Translations under genes and position numbers: made by a program
The notes under the pieces: generated by a model
Seen by the model: only the letters and a program-made list of their open reading frames with translations
Told to the model about the DNA's origin: nothing
Databases searched by the model: none
Origin: an uncultured Planctomycetaceae bacterium
GTDB lineage: Bacteria; Planctomycetota; Planctomycetia; Planctomycetales; Planctomycetaceae
DNA: 64,000 bases
Assembly: GCA_963813715.1 (NCBI GenBank)
Contig: CAWFAK010000003.1
Coordinates: 1-64,000, forward strand
Direction of reading: 5' to 3'
Part shown: piece after piece, positions 52,907 to 64,000 of the stretch
Layout of the letters: each line of letters begins with the position of its first letter
How positions within the stretch are numbered: position 1 is the first letter of the stretch

Positions 52907-53842
52907 TTAGCCTTTGAGTTCGACGGCCACGCGTTCCAGGAGCCGCTTGGTGGCACGAATCCCGTCCGGCTCGCTGATCTTGTTGCCCTCGTACTCGATG
53001 CCCACGCGGCCATGATAGCCGGCATCGAGCACGATCTTCATCATCCGATGATAATCGGTCTCGACGCAGTTGCCCTGCGCGTCGAAATCGTGCGTCTTGG
53101 CGCTCACCCCTTTGGCGTAGCGCATCATTTCGGCCACGCCTTTGTAGCGGTCGTAGTCGTAGAAATTGCCGAAGTCGGGCAAGGTGCCGCAGCGGGGATT
53201 GTCGACCAGCCGCATCACGCCGGTGAGCCAGTCGCCGTGGGACGAAAGGCCACCGTGATTTTCCACGATCACGCTGATCTGCTGCTGGGCTCCGTACTCC
53301 ACGAGCTGCCGCAGGCCGTCGGCCACCAGCTTCATCGTTTCGTCGAACGTGCCTTTGCTGTGAGCGTTGACCCGGATGGCGTGGCAGCCGAGCGTCTTGG
53401 CCGCGTCGACCCAGCGATGATGGTTTTGCACGGCCTTCTGACGCTTGGCCGTGTCCGGATCGCCGAGAGCGCCCTCGTCATCGATCATGATCAGGACGTT
53501 CTGCACGCCCTCACCGGCCGCCCGTTTGTTGAGCTCGGCCAGGTACTTTTGGTCCTGCGCCTTGTCCTTGAAGAACTGGTTGACGTACTCGCACGCCGCG
53601 ATCCCGTAATCGCGCTTGGCGACGACGGGAAAATCGAGATTTGTCAGTTCGCCATGCTTCAAGGCCCGGTGCAGCGACCATTCGGCGAGCGAGATCTTGA
53701 ACAGCGGCTCCGTCGAGTCGGCGGCCCACAGCTTCTGCGCCTGCGGCAATAGACCAGCGGTGAAGGCGCCGCCCGCCAACAAGGCCGACTGCCGCAGAAA
53801 ATTTCGACGATCGAAATCTCGACGATCCGTGAGCTGCGCCAT
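52907..53842 (-). CDS. Tat-exported sugar phosphate isomerase/epimerase (TIM barrel)
   Basis: RRNFL Tat signal; [21 protein letters not shown] and GIEYEG. Confidence 0.88.
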   Translation of the reverse strand: MAQLTDRRDFDRRNFLRQSALLAGGAFTAGLLPQAQKLWAADSTEPLFKISLAEWSLHRALKHGELTNLDFPVVAKRDYGIAACEYVNQFFKDKAQDQKYLAELNKRAAGEGVQNVLIMIDDEGALGDPDTAKRQKAVQNHHRWVDAAKTLGCHAIRVNAHSKGTFDETMKLVADGLRQLVEYGAQQQISVIVENHGGLSSHGDWLTGVMRLVDNPRCGTLPDFGNFYDYDRYKGVAEMMRYAKGVSAKTHDFDAQGNCVETDYHRMMKIVLDAGYHGRVGIEYEGNKISEPDGIRATKRLLERVAVELKG

Positions 53843-53915
53843 TGAAAGTCCTCACACATCCGGCGGGGCCGGGCGCGTTGACCGTGGACAAACGCCCGCG
53901 CTCCCGAACGGCATT

Positions 53916-55226
<1,311 letters not shown>

Positions 55227-55484
55227 CAGCATCTCCAATTCGGTTTCAGGCGTCGGACGGATGGTCGGTCAGATCGACGTCAGTCGAGGCGATCGCGACA
55301 GCAGAGCAGGGTGCGACAGCATAGTGTTGATAGCACGCTGTGCGGCCCTGAGACCCTAGCGGCTCCGCAGCATCGTACCATAGGGGGTCTGCCTCATTCG
55401 AGCAACCTTGTTGACTGGCTGAAGGGAGCGTTTTAACGTACAGATTGCGGGTTGGTGACGCGAAACATCCAGAGGATCCTGACG

Positions 55485-56729
55485 ATGAACTGGCGGCGTT
55501 TTTTGGTTCTCGTGTTGGCAGCGGCCGTGACGACAGTTGCCGTCGCCGCTCCGCCCTCGTCCGAGCGAAAATCGTCGACAAAAAAGGGATCCGGCCTGGC
55601 GCGAAAAAAGGCGAAGGACGACGATGCGCCCGAGACGGAAACTCCCGCGCAGCCGCCGACTGCCGCGCAGCCGGGTTCGGGGCAGATCGTGATCCATCGT
55701 CAGCCGCTGCACCTCCGCGCTCCCGAAAAATATCAGGTGCCGATGCACCTCGAGCCGCTGCAAACGGTCCGCGTCGCGTCTCCGTTCGACGGCGTCGTCA
55801 AAGCCCTCTTGCGTAAGCCCGGCCAAAAGATCGAGACGGCGACCGAGATCGCCCGCATGGATGTGACGGCCAAGCAACTCATGCTCGACCGCGCCAAGGC
55901 CCTCTATCGGGCCGCGCAGCTGGAAGCCGAGCAGCTTGGAGGCGGGAAGGGGAGTTCGGAAGGAGCCGGAGCGTCCACCGCGCCCATCAACCGACAGCTC
56001 GCCGACGCGCGACTGGCTGCCGCCAAGGCCGACCTCGACCTGGCCTCTTACTGGGTAGACCAGGGGAGCCTGCGAGCGCCATTTTCGGCGGAGGTATTTG
56101 GCGTGCTCGTCGCGGAGGGACAGGTCGTCCGCATGGGCGATCCGCTGGTGGTGCTGGGCGATATCAGTTCGTTGAAGGTCGAAGTCCCCGTCGATCGCGC
56201 GTCGACCTCGGTGGGACAGAGTATTTCAATCAAGGTCGAAGACCAGGTGATGAGTGGCAAGGTGGAGGCGCTCTTGCCCCTGTCGTCGCATTTCGAGCCC
56301 TTGCGCGACTTGCTGCCTTCGGCTGCGCTTGCCACCGTCGTGCTCAAAAACTCCGAAGGGGCGCTGAAGGCGGGCCAAACTGTCTACTCACCGCTCGTGC
56401 CCCGGGACCTCGTGGCCGACGTGCCGAACAGCTGTATTGGCAACGTCGGGGACGGCGGGCACAAGGTTCAGGTGCTGCGGGGCGACACCGTTCGCGATGT
56501 GGCGGTCGCTACGTTGGCGGCGGTCGGGGACGGCCGCTCGTTTGTCACCGGCCCATTCCGGGAGGGGGACGAGGTCATCGAGTCCAGTTCGCAGGAGTTG
56601 GCCGATGGCACTGTTGTTCGCTCCTCGCCGATGGCAGCGCCTGCCAAATCGAAGGCTGGCGCGACGGCGGGGCACGCCGCCACGAGCGATAAGCCTGCGG
56701 GCGAGAAGCCAAGCACCGGCGGTATCTAG
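55485..56729 (+). CDS. HlyD/RND-type periplasmic adaptor (membrane fusion) protein
   Basis: signal peptide; SPFDGVV and LRAPFS..V lipoyl-like halves flanking a helical hairpin. Confidence 0.8.
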   Translation: MNWRRFLVLVLAAAVTTVAVAAPPSSERKSSTKKGSGLARKKAKDDDAPETETPAQPPTAAQPGSGQIVIHRQPLHLRAPEKYQVPMHLEPLQTVRVASPFDGVVKALLRKPGQKIETATEIARMDVTAKQLMLDRAKALYRAAQLEAEQLGGGKGSSEGAGASTAPINRQLADARLAAAKADLDLASYWVDQGSLRAPFSAEVFGVLVAEGQVVRMGDPLVVLGDISSLKVEVPVDRASTSVGQSISIKVEDQVMSGKVEALLPLSSHFEPLRDLLPSAALATVVLKNSEGALKAGQTVYSPLVPRDLVADVPNSCIGNVGDGGHKVQVLRGDTVRDVAVATLAAVGDGRSFVTGPFREGDEVIESSSQELADGTVVRSSPMAAPAKSKAGATAGHAATSDKPAGEKPSTGGI

Positions 56730-56986
56730 CCTCGAGTCTCGACCGGACGGCGACGACTTTCAGTGTCGAGCTTCCTTAGGGGGACGGTTCGGCCACCTTT
56801 TGACCCTGATCCCACCCCGCTTGGTTGTGCCTGAGGCGGGTCGACTCCGGTATACTTAGAGGACGGGCGGGCGGGTCTCTTCTCAGGGCCGATCCTGGAG
56901 ATCTTTCATCCGAAGGAGCGCGCTGAAAACGTTCCGGCCGCCCGGCATCCTGACGCCGATCAACCGCTTGTGTGCGGAGCAGTGCT

Positions 56987-58743
56987 TTGTCCGACGAAAT
57001 CATTATCGACGATTACCTGTTGCTGAACCACATCTCGACGGGCAGCTCGACGCAAGTCTGGGAGGCCAGCGACAAAGGTGGAGGGGATCGGCGCTACGCG
57101 ATGAAGGTCATGCTGCCCGAGGCGCTGGCCGAGTCCGAGCAGCGGTCCGTGCTCAAGCACGAAGCCAAGCTGGCCGAGCGCTTCGAGCATCCCAATCTGG
57201 TGCGCTTCCAGAAGCTGGTGCTAAACAAAAAACGCGGGTACATCCTGATGGACTACTTCCGCGCGCCGAATCTCAAAACGCAGATTCAATCCGAACTCAC
57301 TTCGGTGCAGGCCCGCTTCACGCGGCTGGTCGAACAGCTCTGCCAGGTGCTGGGCTATCTTCATGGCCTCGGCTATGTGCATCGCGACATCAAACCGGAC
57401 AACATCCTCTTCAACAAAGCGTCCGAGTTGAAGCTGATCGACTTCTCGCTGACGACTAAGGCCGCTGGCGCCGTCGCGAAAATGCTCGGCAGCAAAGAGA
57501 AGACCATCCAGGGGACGCGAACCTACATTCCGCCCGAGGCGATCCTCAAGGCGCCCATCACGCCGCGATCGGACATCTACAGCCTGGGCGTTACGTTGTT
57601 CGAGGTGCTCACGGGCGATCCGCCGTTTCGCGGCAGCAGCCCGGACGATTTGCTCAAGAAACATCTCACCGGCCAGGTGCCTGAGCCGTCGGGATTCAAT
57701 GCCAACGTGACGCCGGAAATGGACCGCATGATCCTCAAGATGCTGGCGAAAAATCCTAAGAAGCGTCAGCAGGACACCCACGAGGTGATGGCCGAGTTCC
57801 GCAACATCAAGCCGTTCAAAGAAGACGTGCTGGAGGTCGACCGCCGGCGCAAAGCGGAGGAAGCCGAGCGCGATAAGACCACGCTCGATAAGGCAGGGCG
57901 GCTTGATAGTCGCGCCGATCACGAGCGGCAGCAGTACTTCAAGGCGAATCCCGATTTGGTGGTCAAGGAAGCTCCGAAAAAGGCCCCGCCTCAAGCCGGG
58001 AAGACAGCGAAGGCCGCGGACACGAAGGCAGCGCCGAGCCCCGCCAAACCAGCAGCCGCTGCGCCGCCCGCGCGTCCGCAGCAACCGGCGGCGCCGCAGC
58101 CTGGTGCACAGCAGCCTGCCCGCCCGGCACAGGCACAGCCGCCGATGCCACAACAACCGATGCCCCAACATCAGCAGCCGATGCAGCAACCCATGCACCC
58201 GGGCTACGCGAATCCGTACGGCCATCCCGGCTACGGGCAGCAGCCTTATCCTTATCCGATGGCCGGCTACCCTGGCGGCGCGCCCTACCCGCAGCAACCC
58301 GGGTATCCGGGCGGGCAGTATCCCGGTGGTGGCGGCTATCCGCAGGGTTATCCGCCACAACAAATGCCCGGGCAGATGCCGCCGGGTCAGATGCCCCCGG
58401 GTCAACCGGGCGGTTATCCACCGGGCGCCTATCCCGTGCGCCGGGTCCTTACGGGGCGGCTCCGTACGGCAGCCAGATGCGAATGCCGACGCCCGGTCCG
58501 CAGCCGGGTGCCCCCGGTCAAGCACCGGTCGTCCGATGGCGCCGGGTCCCCAGCAACCACCGCAACAGCCGTCGGCGAGTAACCAGGCCGCGGTTGCCGC
58601 GCAGCAGCAGTTGCTCCAGCAGATGATGGGCGGAGCCCAGGCCGGCTCCCGCTCAGCCGCCTCGGCCGCAGGCTGCCGCGCAGAAACCGGCGGCCCCGGC
58701 CAAAGATCTCCCCTTGATGGATCAGTTGCCACCCGTTAAATGA
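56987..58743 (+). CDS. Ser/Thr protein kinase with Pro/Gln/Gly/Tyr-rich tail (several frameshifts after about 58435)
   Basis: AMK, HRDIKPDN, DFS, GTRTYIPPE and SDIYSLG; reconstructed end 'DLPLMDQLPPVK' stop at 58741-58743. Confidence 0.88.
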
Positions 58744-58815
58744 CGACGGGCTGATCTCAGCAAATCCGGGCCGCGCGGTCCTGTTTCGCTTCGCCCGTTG
58801 GAAGGGTTGGTCCCT

Positions 58816-59892
58816 TTGGCGTCGACGTACCTCGAACTCGCATTCGAAAAGCAGATCCACGAAAAGGAGCGGCAGCTCTCCGCGCTCGAGGCGCACATCA
58901 GCGAAACGCCCGACGCTCGAGAAGCCATCCGCACCTTGCGGGCCACGATCCAGAATGAGCTGCGCGAGCTTTACGAGAACCTGAACCCGTCCGACGTCGT
59001 GAAGGTCGCCCGGCACTCGGCGCGGCCGCAGGCCCTCGACTACATCGAGCTGGTCTTCGACGAGTTCGTCGAGCTGCACGGGGACCGCGCCTTCGGCGAC
59101 GACCGCGCGATGATCACCGGCTTCGCCAAGCTCGAGGATCAAAAGGTCCTGGTCGTCGGTCAGCACAAAGGCCGGACGATCAAGGAACGCGAGGAACGCT
59201 TCTTCGGCTGCGCCCATCCGGAGGGCTACCGCAAGGCGCTCGAGAAGATGAAGCTGGCGGCGAAATTCCGGCTGCCCATCATCTGCCTGATCGATACGCC
59301 CGGGGCCTATCCGGGGATCGGTGCTGAAGAGCGCGGCCAGGCCAGCAGCATCGCCGTCAACCTCCGCGACCTGTCGCTCTTGCGGACGCCCATGGTTTGC
59401 GTCGTGATTGGTGAAGGGGGTTCGGGCGGAGCGCTCGGCATCGGCGTCGGCGACCACATCGCCATGCTCCAGTTCGCCTACTATTCGGTGATCAGCCCCG
59501 AAGGCTGTGCCGGCATCCTCTGGAAGACCCGGGACGCTCGCAACGTCGACCAGGCGGCCCGGGCCTTGAAGTTCACCAGTGCCGACCTGCTACGGATGGG
59601 GATCGTCGACGAGGTGATCAAAGAGCCGCTAGGGGGCGCCCACCGCGACCATCGGCAGATGGCGGCCACGCTCAAGGACTCGTTGCAGAAGGCGCTGCGG
59701 AAGCTGTCGGTCATCCAGACGGAGACGCTGTTGACCCGCCGCTACCAGAAGTTCCGCAAGATCGGCGTCTATGAGGAACGGGCCGTCGAAGAGCTGACAG
59801 CGACAGAGAAGCCGGCGACAGAGAAGACAGAGAAGGCCAAGTCAGACGACCCGGCAAAGAACAATGGCAGCAACGGAAAGACCGGCAAGTGA
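58816..59892 (+). CDS. accA: acetyl-CoA carboxylase carboxyltransferase alpha subunit
   Basis: ELHGDR, PEGYRKA, IDTPGAYPG, GEGGSGGA and YSVISPEG. Confidence 0.97.
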   Translation: MASTYLELAFEKQIHEKERQLSALEAHISETPDAREAIRTLRATIQNELRELYENLNPSDVVKVARHSARPQALDYIELVFDEFVELHGDRAFGDDRAMITGFAKLEDQKVLVVGQHKGRTIKEREERFFGCAHPEGYRKALEKMKLAAKFRLPIICLIDTPGAYPGIGAEERGQASSIAVNLRDLSLLRTPMVCVVIGEGGSGGALGIGVGDHIAMLQFAYYSVISPEGCAGILWKTRDARNVDQAARALKFTSADLLRMGIVDEVIKEPLGGAHRDHRQMAATLKDSLQKALRKLSVIQTETLLTRRYQKFRKIGVYEERAVEELTATEKPATEKTEKAKSDDPAKNNGSNGKTGK

Positions 59893-60169
59893 ATCGCCGG
59901 GCGGGGCGCCCTGGGAGCCGAGCAAGCCGTTTTCAGGCCGATCCGCAACGTCCGATAATGTCTGTTATGTTTAATTCGTTCCCGAAAAACTCCGGGAAAA
60001 ACGGCCTTTTCTTCTAGGCCGGGCCGCCTGCGGACTCCGGTTGCTTGAGCCACGCAGTTTCCGGAAACAATCTGCCCCGTTCCGGCTTCGGGGCTTTCCG
60101 ATTCAAGCCCAAGCGGGCTCCGTCCGACACGCAACCCTTTGGAGTGGCATTGGCCCCCCCCAGTCCGGC

Positions 60170-61729
60170 CTAGCGACGCTCCCCACCCCGGAGGCGATCC
60201 TGGGTTGCGCTGTCGAGGGTGTGGATCGAAATCCCTGCCCGGCTCAACTCGCGCCGGATGCGACGCACGAGGGTCGTGCCGTCGACGTCCCGGGGGTCTG
60301 ACTTTTGATCCCGGAGCTCGGTCCGCCAACCCCTCAGGACGTTGAGGGCGACGTCGTCCGGGATGCCATTGAACTGGGCCTCGATGTCCTCGGCGGCCAT
60401 CGGCCGATCGGCGCCTCCGCCGAGCCCGCCCAACGAGCGGACGATTTGCCGCTCGAGCGAGACCCGTTCGTCGCGGCGGTCTCCCGTCGGTCCTCGATCG
60501 GCTCCCAACGAGCCGCGATCGTCTCCCAAACGGCCTCGGTCAGAGTCGATTCCTGGCAGCGGTCGACCTCGGTCAGATCCGAGTCCGGGACCTCGATCCC
60601 GATCACCTCGATCGCGATCCGAGGCGAGCTCGGGACCGCCCAGGCCGGGACCATCGTCGAATCCAGGAGCGTTGGATGAGGCCGGGCGGCCGTTCTGCCA
60701 GTCGCGGAGCGTTTTGCGAATCATGTCGGGCACGGTGCTCGACGAGAGCAGTCGAGACAGCTCGCCGCGGTGCTCGGGCCGGGTGGCGCGCCAGGCTTTC
60801 CGCGCCAACAGGCGGAGCCCCTGGTCGAGCGCGGCGGGCAACGACGAGAGCCAGTGGCTTTCGTCGTCTCCCGGCGGGCCCAAGTCGTCGTCAGCCACGG
60901 CGCGGTCACGCCGCGGCGCGTCAACTGCCGCGTCATCGAAGGCCGAGTCGCGGCGGTCGCGCGGATGATCGGGAACCGCGTCGCGGCGGATACCGTCGTC
61001 GCGGCGATCGGGGGCGTAGGGACCGTCGTCGCTCAGACGCCTGTCGTTCGGGCGGTCGGCCGGGCGATGATCGCCATCGAAGCTGCGATGATCGTCAGCA
61101 CGAGCATCCAGATCGCGGCGATCGAGTCCGTCCCGGCGGTCATCCGGTCGGTCGTCGTCGACGAACGGATCATCGCGATCATCTCCCTGACGCCGTGCGT
61201 ACTCCTCGTCGCGATGTTCGCGCTCGATGCCCCGCGGGTCCATGCGTCGCAGATAGGGCTCCAAGAGCGCGTGCAGGTCGCCGGGAATGACCGGGTCGAG
61301 CCGGTCGATGGCGACGGCCGCCACGTAACCGCTTTCGGAATTGATGATCGACTCGCGGGCCGAGTGCGACAGCGTCACGAGGAAGAAGGTCAGGAACATG
61401 CTGAACATCGCGCCTTTGACCAGGCCGAGCAGGGCGCCCAGATGGCGGTCGAGCGCCTCGATCCGCATGTTTTCAATCGCCTCGTGCATCACCCGCGCCA
61501 CGCCGAAGCTGACGAACGAAAAGCCCAGGTAGAGCACCAGCATGGCGATCCACTTGTTGAGCGGCTCCTCGACGCGAATGAACGGCGCGACGACATGCGA
61601 CAGCGATCCCGAGAAGAAGAAGCACATCAAGAGGGCGGCTATCGTCGCCAGCTGCCAGACGACCCCCTTCATCGCGCCGCGAAACATCGCGTACATCAAG
61701 ATGCCGAGGGTTAGAAGGTCGTACCACAT
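60170..61729 (-). CDS. CvpA-family membrane protein with long Asp/Arg-rich C-terminal extension
   Basis: 'RGAMKG' and 'LDRHLGALLGLVKG' CvpA motifs; 4 TM helices. Confidence 0.85.
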   Translation of the reverse strand: MWYDLLTLGILMYAMFRGAMKGVVWQLATIAALLMCFFFSGSLSHVVAPFIRVEEPLNKWIAMLVLYLGFSFVSFGVARVMHEAIENMRIEALDRHLGALLGLVKGAMFSMFLTFFLVTLSHSARESIINSESGYVAAVAIDRLDPVIPGDLHALLEPYLRRMDPRGIEREHRDEEYARRQGDDRDDPFVDDDRPDDRRDGLDRRDLDARADDHRSFDGDHRPADRPNDRRLSDDGPYAPDRRDDGIRRDAVPDHPRDRRDSAFDDAAVDAPRRDRAVADDDLGPPGDDESHWLSSLPAALDQGLRLLARKAWRATRPEHRGELSRLLSSSTVPDMIRKTLRDWQNGRPASSNAPGFDDGPGLGGPELASDRDRGDRDRGPGLGSDRGRPLPGIDSDRGRLGDDRGSLGADRGPTGDRRDERVSLERQIVRSLGGLGGGADRPMAAEDIEAQFNGIPDDVALNVLRGWRTELRDQKSDPRDVDGTTLVRRIRRELSRAGISIHTLDSATQDRLRGGERR

Positions 61730-61801
61730 GGGCGGCTTCCCTGCCTGAATGAAAAGAGGCTCGGCGCGCGCCGTCCAATCGGCGGCAGCCAAGGGGGCGG
61801 G

Positions 61802-61829
61802 AGTATAGCGAAAGGCGGCAAAACGGCAA
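61802..61829 (-). promoter_or_regulatory. sigma70-like promoter for the cvpA-like gene
   Basis: minus strand TTGCCG, 16-bp spacer, TATACT; about 70 nt upstream of the ATG. Confidence 0.45.
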
Positions 61830-61899
61830 AAGACCAAGTTGGCGGCGACGGGGCGGAGCGGGGGGCCGGCCGGGGACGCTCGAAATCAGCAGCTCGAAA

Positions 61900-62365
61900 T
61901 CAGCCCTTGGCGGCCTCGCGCATTTCGCGCGTGTCGAGAATCAGCGTCACCGGACCGTCGTTCACCAGCTCGACGTCCATATGTTCCTGAAAACGCCCCG
62001 TTTCGACCTCGGCCCCCTGCCCCTCGGACTTCAGCGACGAAGCCTCGGTACAACTCGACGGCCTGTTCGGGGCGGGCCGCCTCGATGAAGCTGGGGCGTC
62101 GCCCCTTGCGGCAATCGCCCAAGAGCGTGAACTGACTGACGACGAGCATCCGCCCGCCAACTTCCAACAGCGAGCGGTTCATCTTCCCCTCGTTGTCCGG
62201 AAAGATCCGCAGGCCGACGATCTTGGCGGCGAGGTAGATCACGTCGTCCTGCGTGTCGTGCTCGGCAACCCCCAGGAGCACGAGCAGACCCTTGTCGATC
62301 CGTCCGACGACTTCGCCGCCAACAGTGACGCTCGCCCGCGACACGCGCTGAATGACCGCTCGCAT
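61900..62365 (-). CDS. dtd: D-aminoacyl-tRNA deacylase (frameshift near 62020)
   Basis: [26 protein letters not shown] in the next frame. Confidence 0.95.
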
Positions 62366-62417
62366 CAGTGTCTCGCCCTGAGATGTCTCGCCTTCACACG
62401 CTCTCTCGCAGAGGGCA

Positions 62418-63635
62418 TCAGGTTCGCGCGGCGATTGCCGCGGCTTGAGGCCGATCGGACTGATAGGGCTCGAGCGAAATGTCGGTCTCCTGGTCCAACA
62501 GCGCCTGACGGGTGAGGCGGGCGGTCCCGGGCGACATCTGCAGCCCGTTGCGAAAGTGGCCGGCCGCAATGAACAGATTGTCGAATCCCGCGACGCGGCC
62601 TAAGTAGGGAAGGCCGTCCCCCGACCCCGGGCGCAACCCCGACCAGGCCCGCTCGAACCGCGCCTGTGCGAGCGCGGGGACCCGGCTCGCGCCAAACGCC
62701 AAGAGCTCGCTGACGGCCGACGCTGTGTTCGCCTTCACGAAGCCCACGTGCTCTTCGGTCGCGCCGATCAAGATGTGGCCGTCGTCGCGGGGCACGATGT
62801 AGCGCGGACCGGTCTGCAGGACGTGCGTGAGCAGTTTCGAGCTTTGCGAGACGAGCACGATCTGGCCACGGACGGGGCTGATCCCCACGTCGACGCCGAC
62901 CGACGACAGCAGCCCGCGCGACCAGGGCCCGCCCGCCACGAGATATCGGCCGGCCTGCACGCGACCCGAGTGCGTGAGGACGCCGTCGATCCGCCGGCTG
63001 CGGTCCTCCCCATCGACCGGAGCCGGCTCGCCCGGCGTTTCATCCTCATCGAGAGTTGTTTCTGGGCACGCGCCTAACCCGTCGAGCGCGACGACCGGCG
63101 TTCCCGGACGCAGACGAACGCCGCGCGCTCCGCAGGCCGCCAGCAGTGCTTTGATCAGGCGCGGATTCCGCACCTGGCCGAGATCGGGGAGACGATAGGC
63201 GCCGGCGATCTCGGGAGCGACGAGCGGCTCGAACTCACGCAGCACGTCCAGGCTGAGCGTCTCGACGCGGATGCCCTCCCCGCGCAACGACTCGACTTCG
63301 TTCGATAGTTGATCCACTCCCTCGTCGGTGCCCGGTCCGCTCGCAGTGCGCAGTTCCAGTCCGCCGCAGCGCGTGTAACCGGTTTCGATTCCCGTCTCGG
63401 CGGCCAGCGACTCGGCCCAGTCGGGCCAGAGGGCGTGACTCAGGGCGCGGAGGCGCGATTCGGGCGTGGTGGCGGCGTCGAGATTGCCCGGGGGCAAAAT
63501 GCCCGCGCCGGCCCAGCTCGCCTCGCGGCCGAAGTCACCCTGCTCGAGCACGGTGACGGCCGCCCCCTGCCCGGCCAGTTCGAGCGCGACCGACAGTCCG
63601 ATCACGCCGCCGCCGATCACAATCACGTCGTCCAT
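62418..63635 (-). CDS. thiO: glycine oxidase / FAD-dependent DAO family
   Basis: [26 protein letters not shown] and GHFRNG. Confidence 0.85.
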   Translation of the reverse strand: MDDVIVIGGGVIGLSVALELAGQGAAVTVLEQGDFGREASWAGAGILPPGNLDAATTPESRLRALSHALWPDWAESLAAETGIETGYTRCGGLELRTASGPGTDEGVDQLSNEVESLRGEGIRVETLSLDVLREFEPLVAPEIAGAYRLPDLGQVRNPRLIKALLAACGARGVRLRPGTPVVALDGLGACPETTLDEDETPGEPAPVDGEDRSRRIDGVLTHSGRVQAGRYLVAGGPWSRGLLSSVGVDVGISPVRGQIVLVSQSSKLLTHVLQTGPRYIVPRDDGHILIGATEEHVGFVKANTASAVSELLAFGASRVPALAQARFERAWSGLRPGSGDGLPYLGRVAGFDNLFIAAGHFRNGLQMSPGTARLTRQALLDQETDISLEPYQSDRPQAAAIAART

Positions 63636-63674
63636 CGGGCCCCTGACAGTCTGGACTGAGCTTCGTCGTCGCTC

Positions 63675-64000
63675 TTAGTTGTTGTCGCCTCGGGCGGCTT
63701 TGGCGGCCTGCTGCAAGAAATCGTCGGCCAACGCGCGAGGGTCGCTACTGTAAACATCGCGAAAGGCGTCGGCCTGACTCGCCCCGTTGACGAGCTGTTG
63801 CACGAAGCGCGGGAAAAGAGTTTTGCCCCGGCGATCGATCAGGAACGCCGTCACCGCTTCGCCGACGTCGGCAAGCGCCGTGGAAGAGAACGAACCATCG
63901 GTCAGCAGATCGTCCGGCTTTTCCAGCGAGCCGACCAACCGATAGAGGGCCGCCCATTGTACGCCCGCGAGCGCCGGCTGGCTGCCCCCCGCTGCTGCCA
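63675..64000 (-). CDS. C-terminal part of a hypothetical protein starting outside the window
   Basis: protein-like frame ('AFLIDRRG...F..FV..L..G....AF..VY') that appears open to the window edge. Confidence 0.6.
   Translation of the reverse strand, partial: AAAGGSQPALAGVQWAALYRLVGSLEKPDDLLTDGSFSSTALADVGEAVTAFLIDRRGKTLFPRFVQQLVNGASQADAFRDVYSSDPRALADDFLQQAAKAARGDNN

Noticed and set aside
59795..59835. gacagagaag repeats at the end of accA
   Set aside because: Simple slippage encoding a low-complexity TEK tail

Overview
High-GC bacterial chromosome segment, most likely a planctomycete (inferred from gene content, repeat type and protein styles). About 20 single-base frameshifts break genes, including essential rpsI, so they look like uncorrected long-read errors rather than pseudogenes. 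The window has two main blocks. (1) A ~20-kb, ~16-gene respiratory operon (5871-25989). It joins a b6f-like Rieske/cytochrome b complex (split cyt b with the heme ci cysteine, APWY instead of PEWY, Rieske protein with a five-fold repeated N-terminal motif) to a membrane-anchored octaheme cytochrome, a putative type-1 copper lipoprotein and a diheme lipoprotein. It continues with an A2-type cytochrome c oxidase, heme O/A synthases, an ABC-2 transporter, SCO, DUF420 and a small CxxC protein. (2) A flagellar cluster flgF-G-A-H-(mini-flgH)-I-J-N-K-L (35235-45731). It contains an internally deleted FlgH paralog coupled between flgH and flgI, and FlgK/FlgL proteins almost free of Lys/Arg. The rest is housekeeping or conserved genes: hemB, xseAB, hisC-hisB, rplM-rpsI, an MscK-like channel, a membrane MutS-like ATPase, ahcY, a Ser/Thr kinase next to accA, a cvpA-like gene, dtd and thiO. 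There is also one REP doublet. No tRNA, rRNA, CRISPR array or transposase was recognised.
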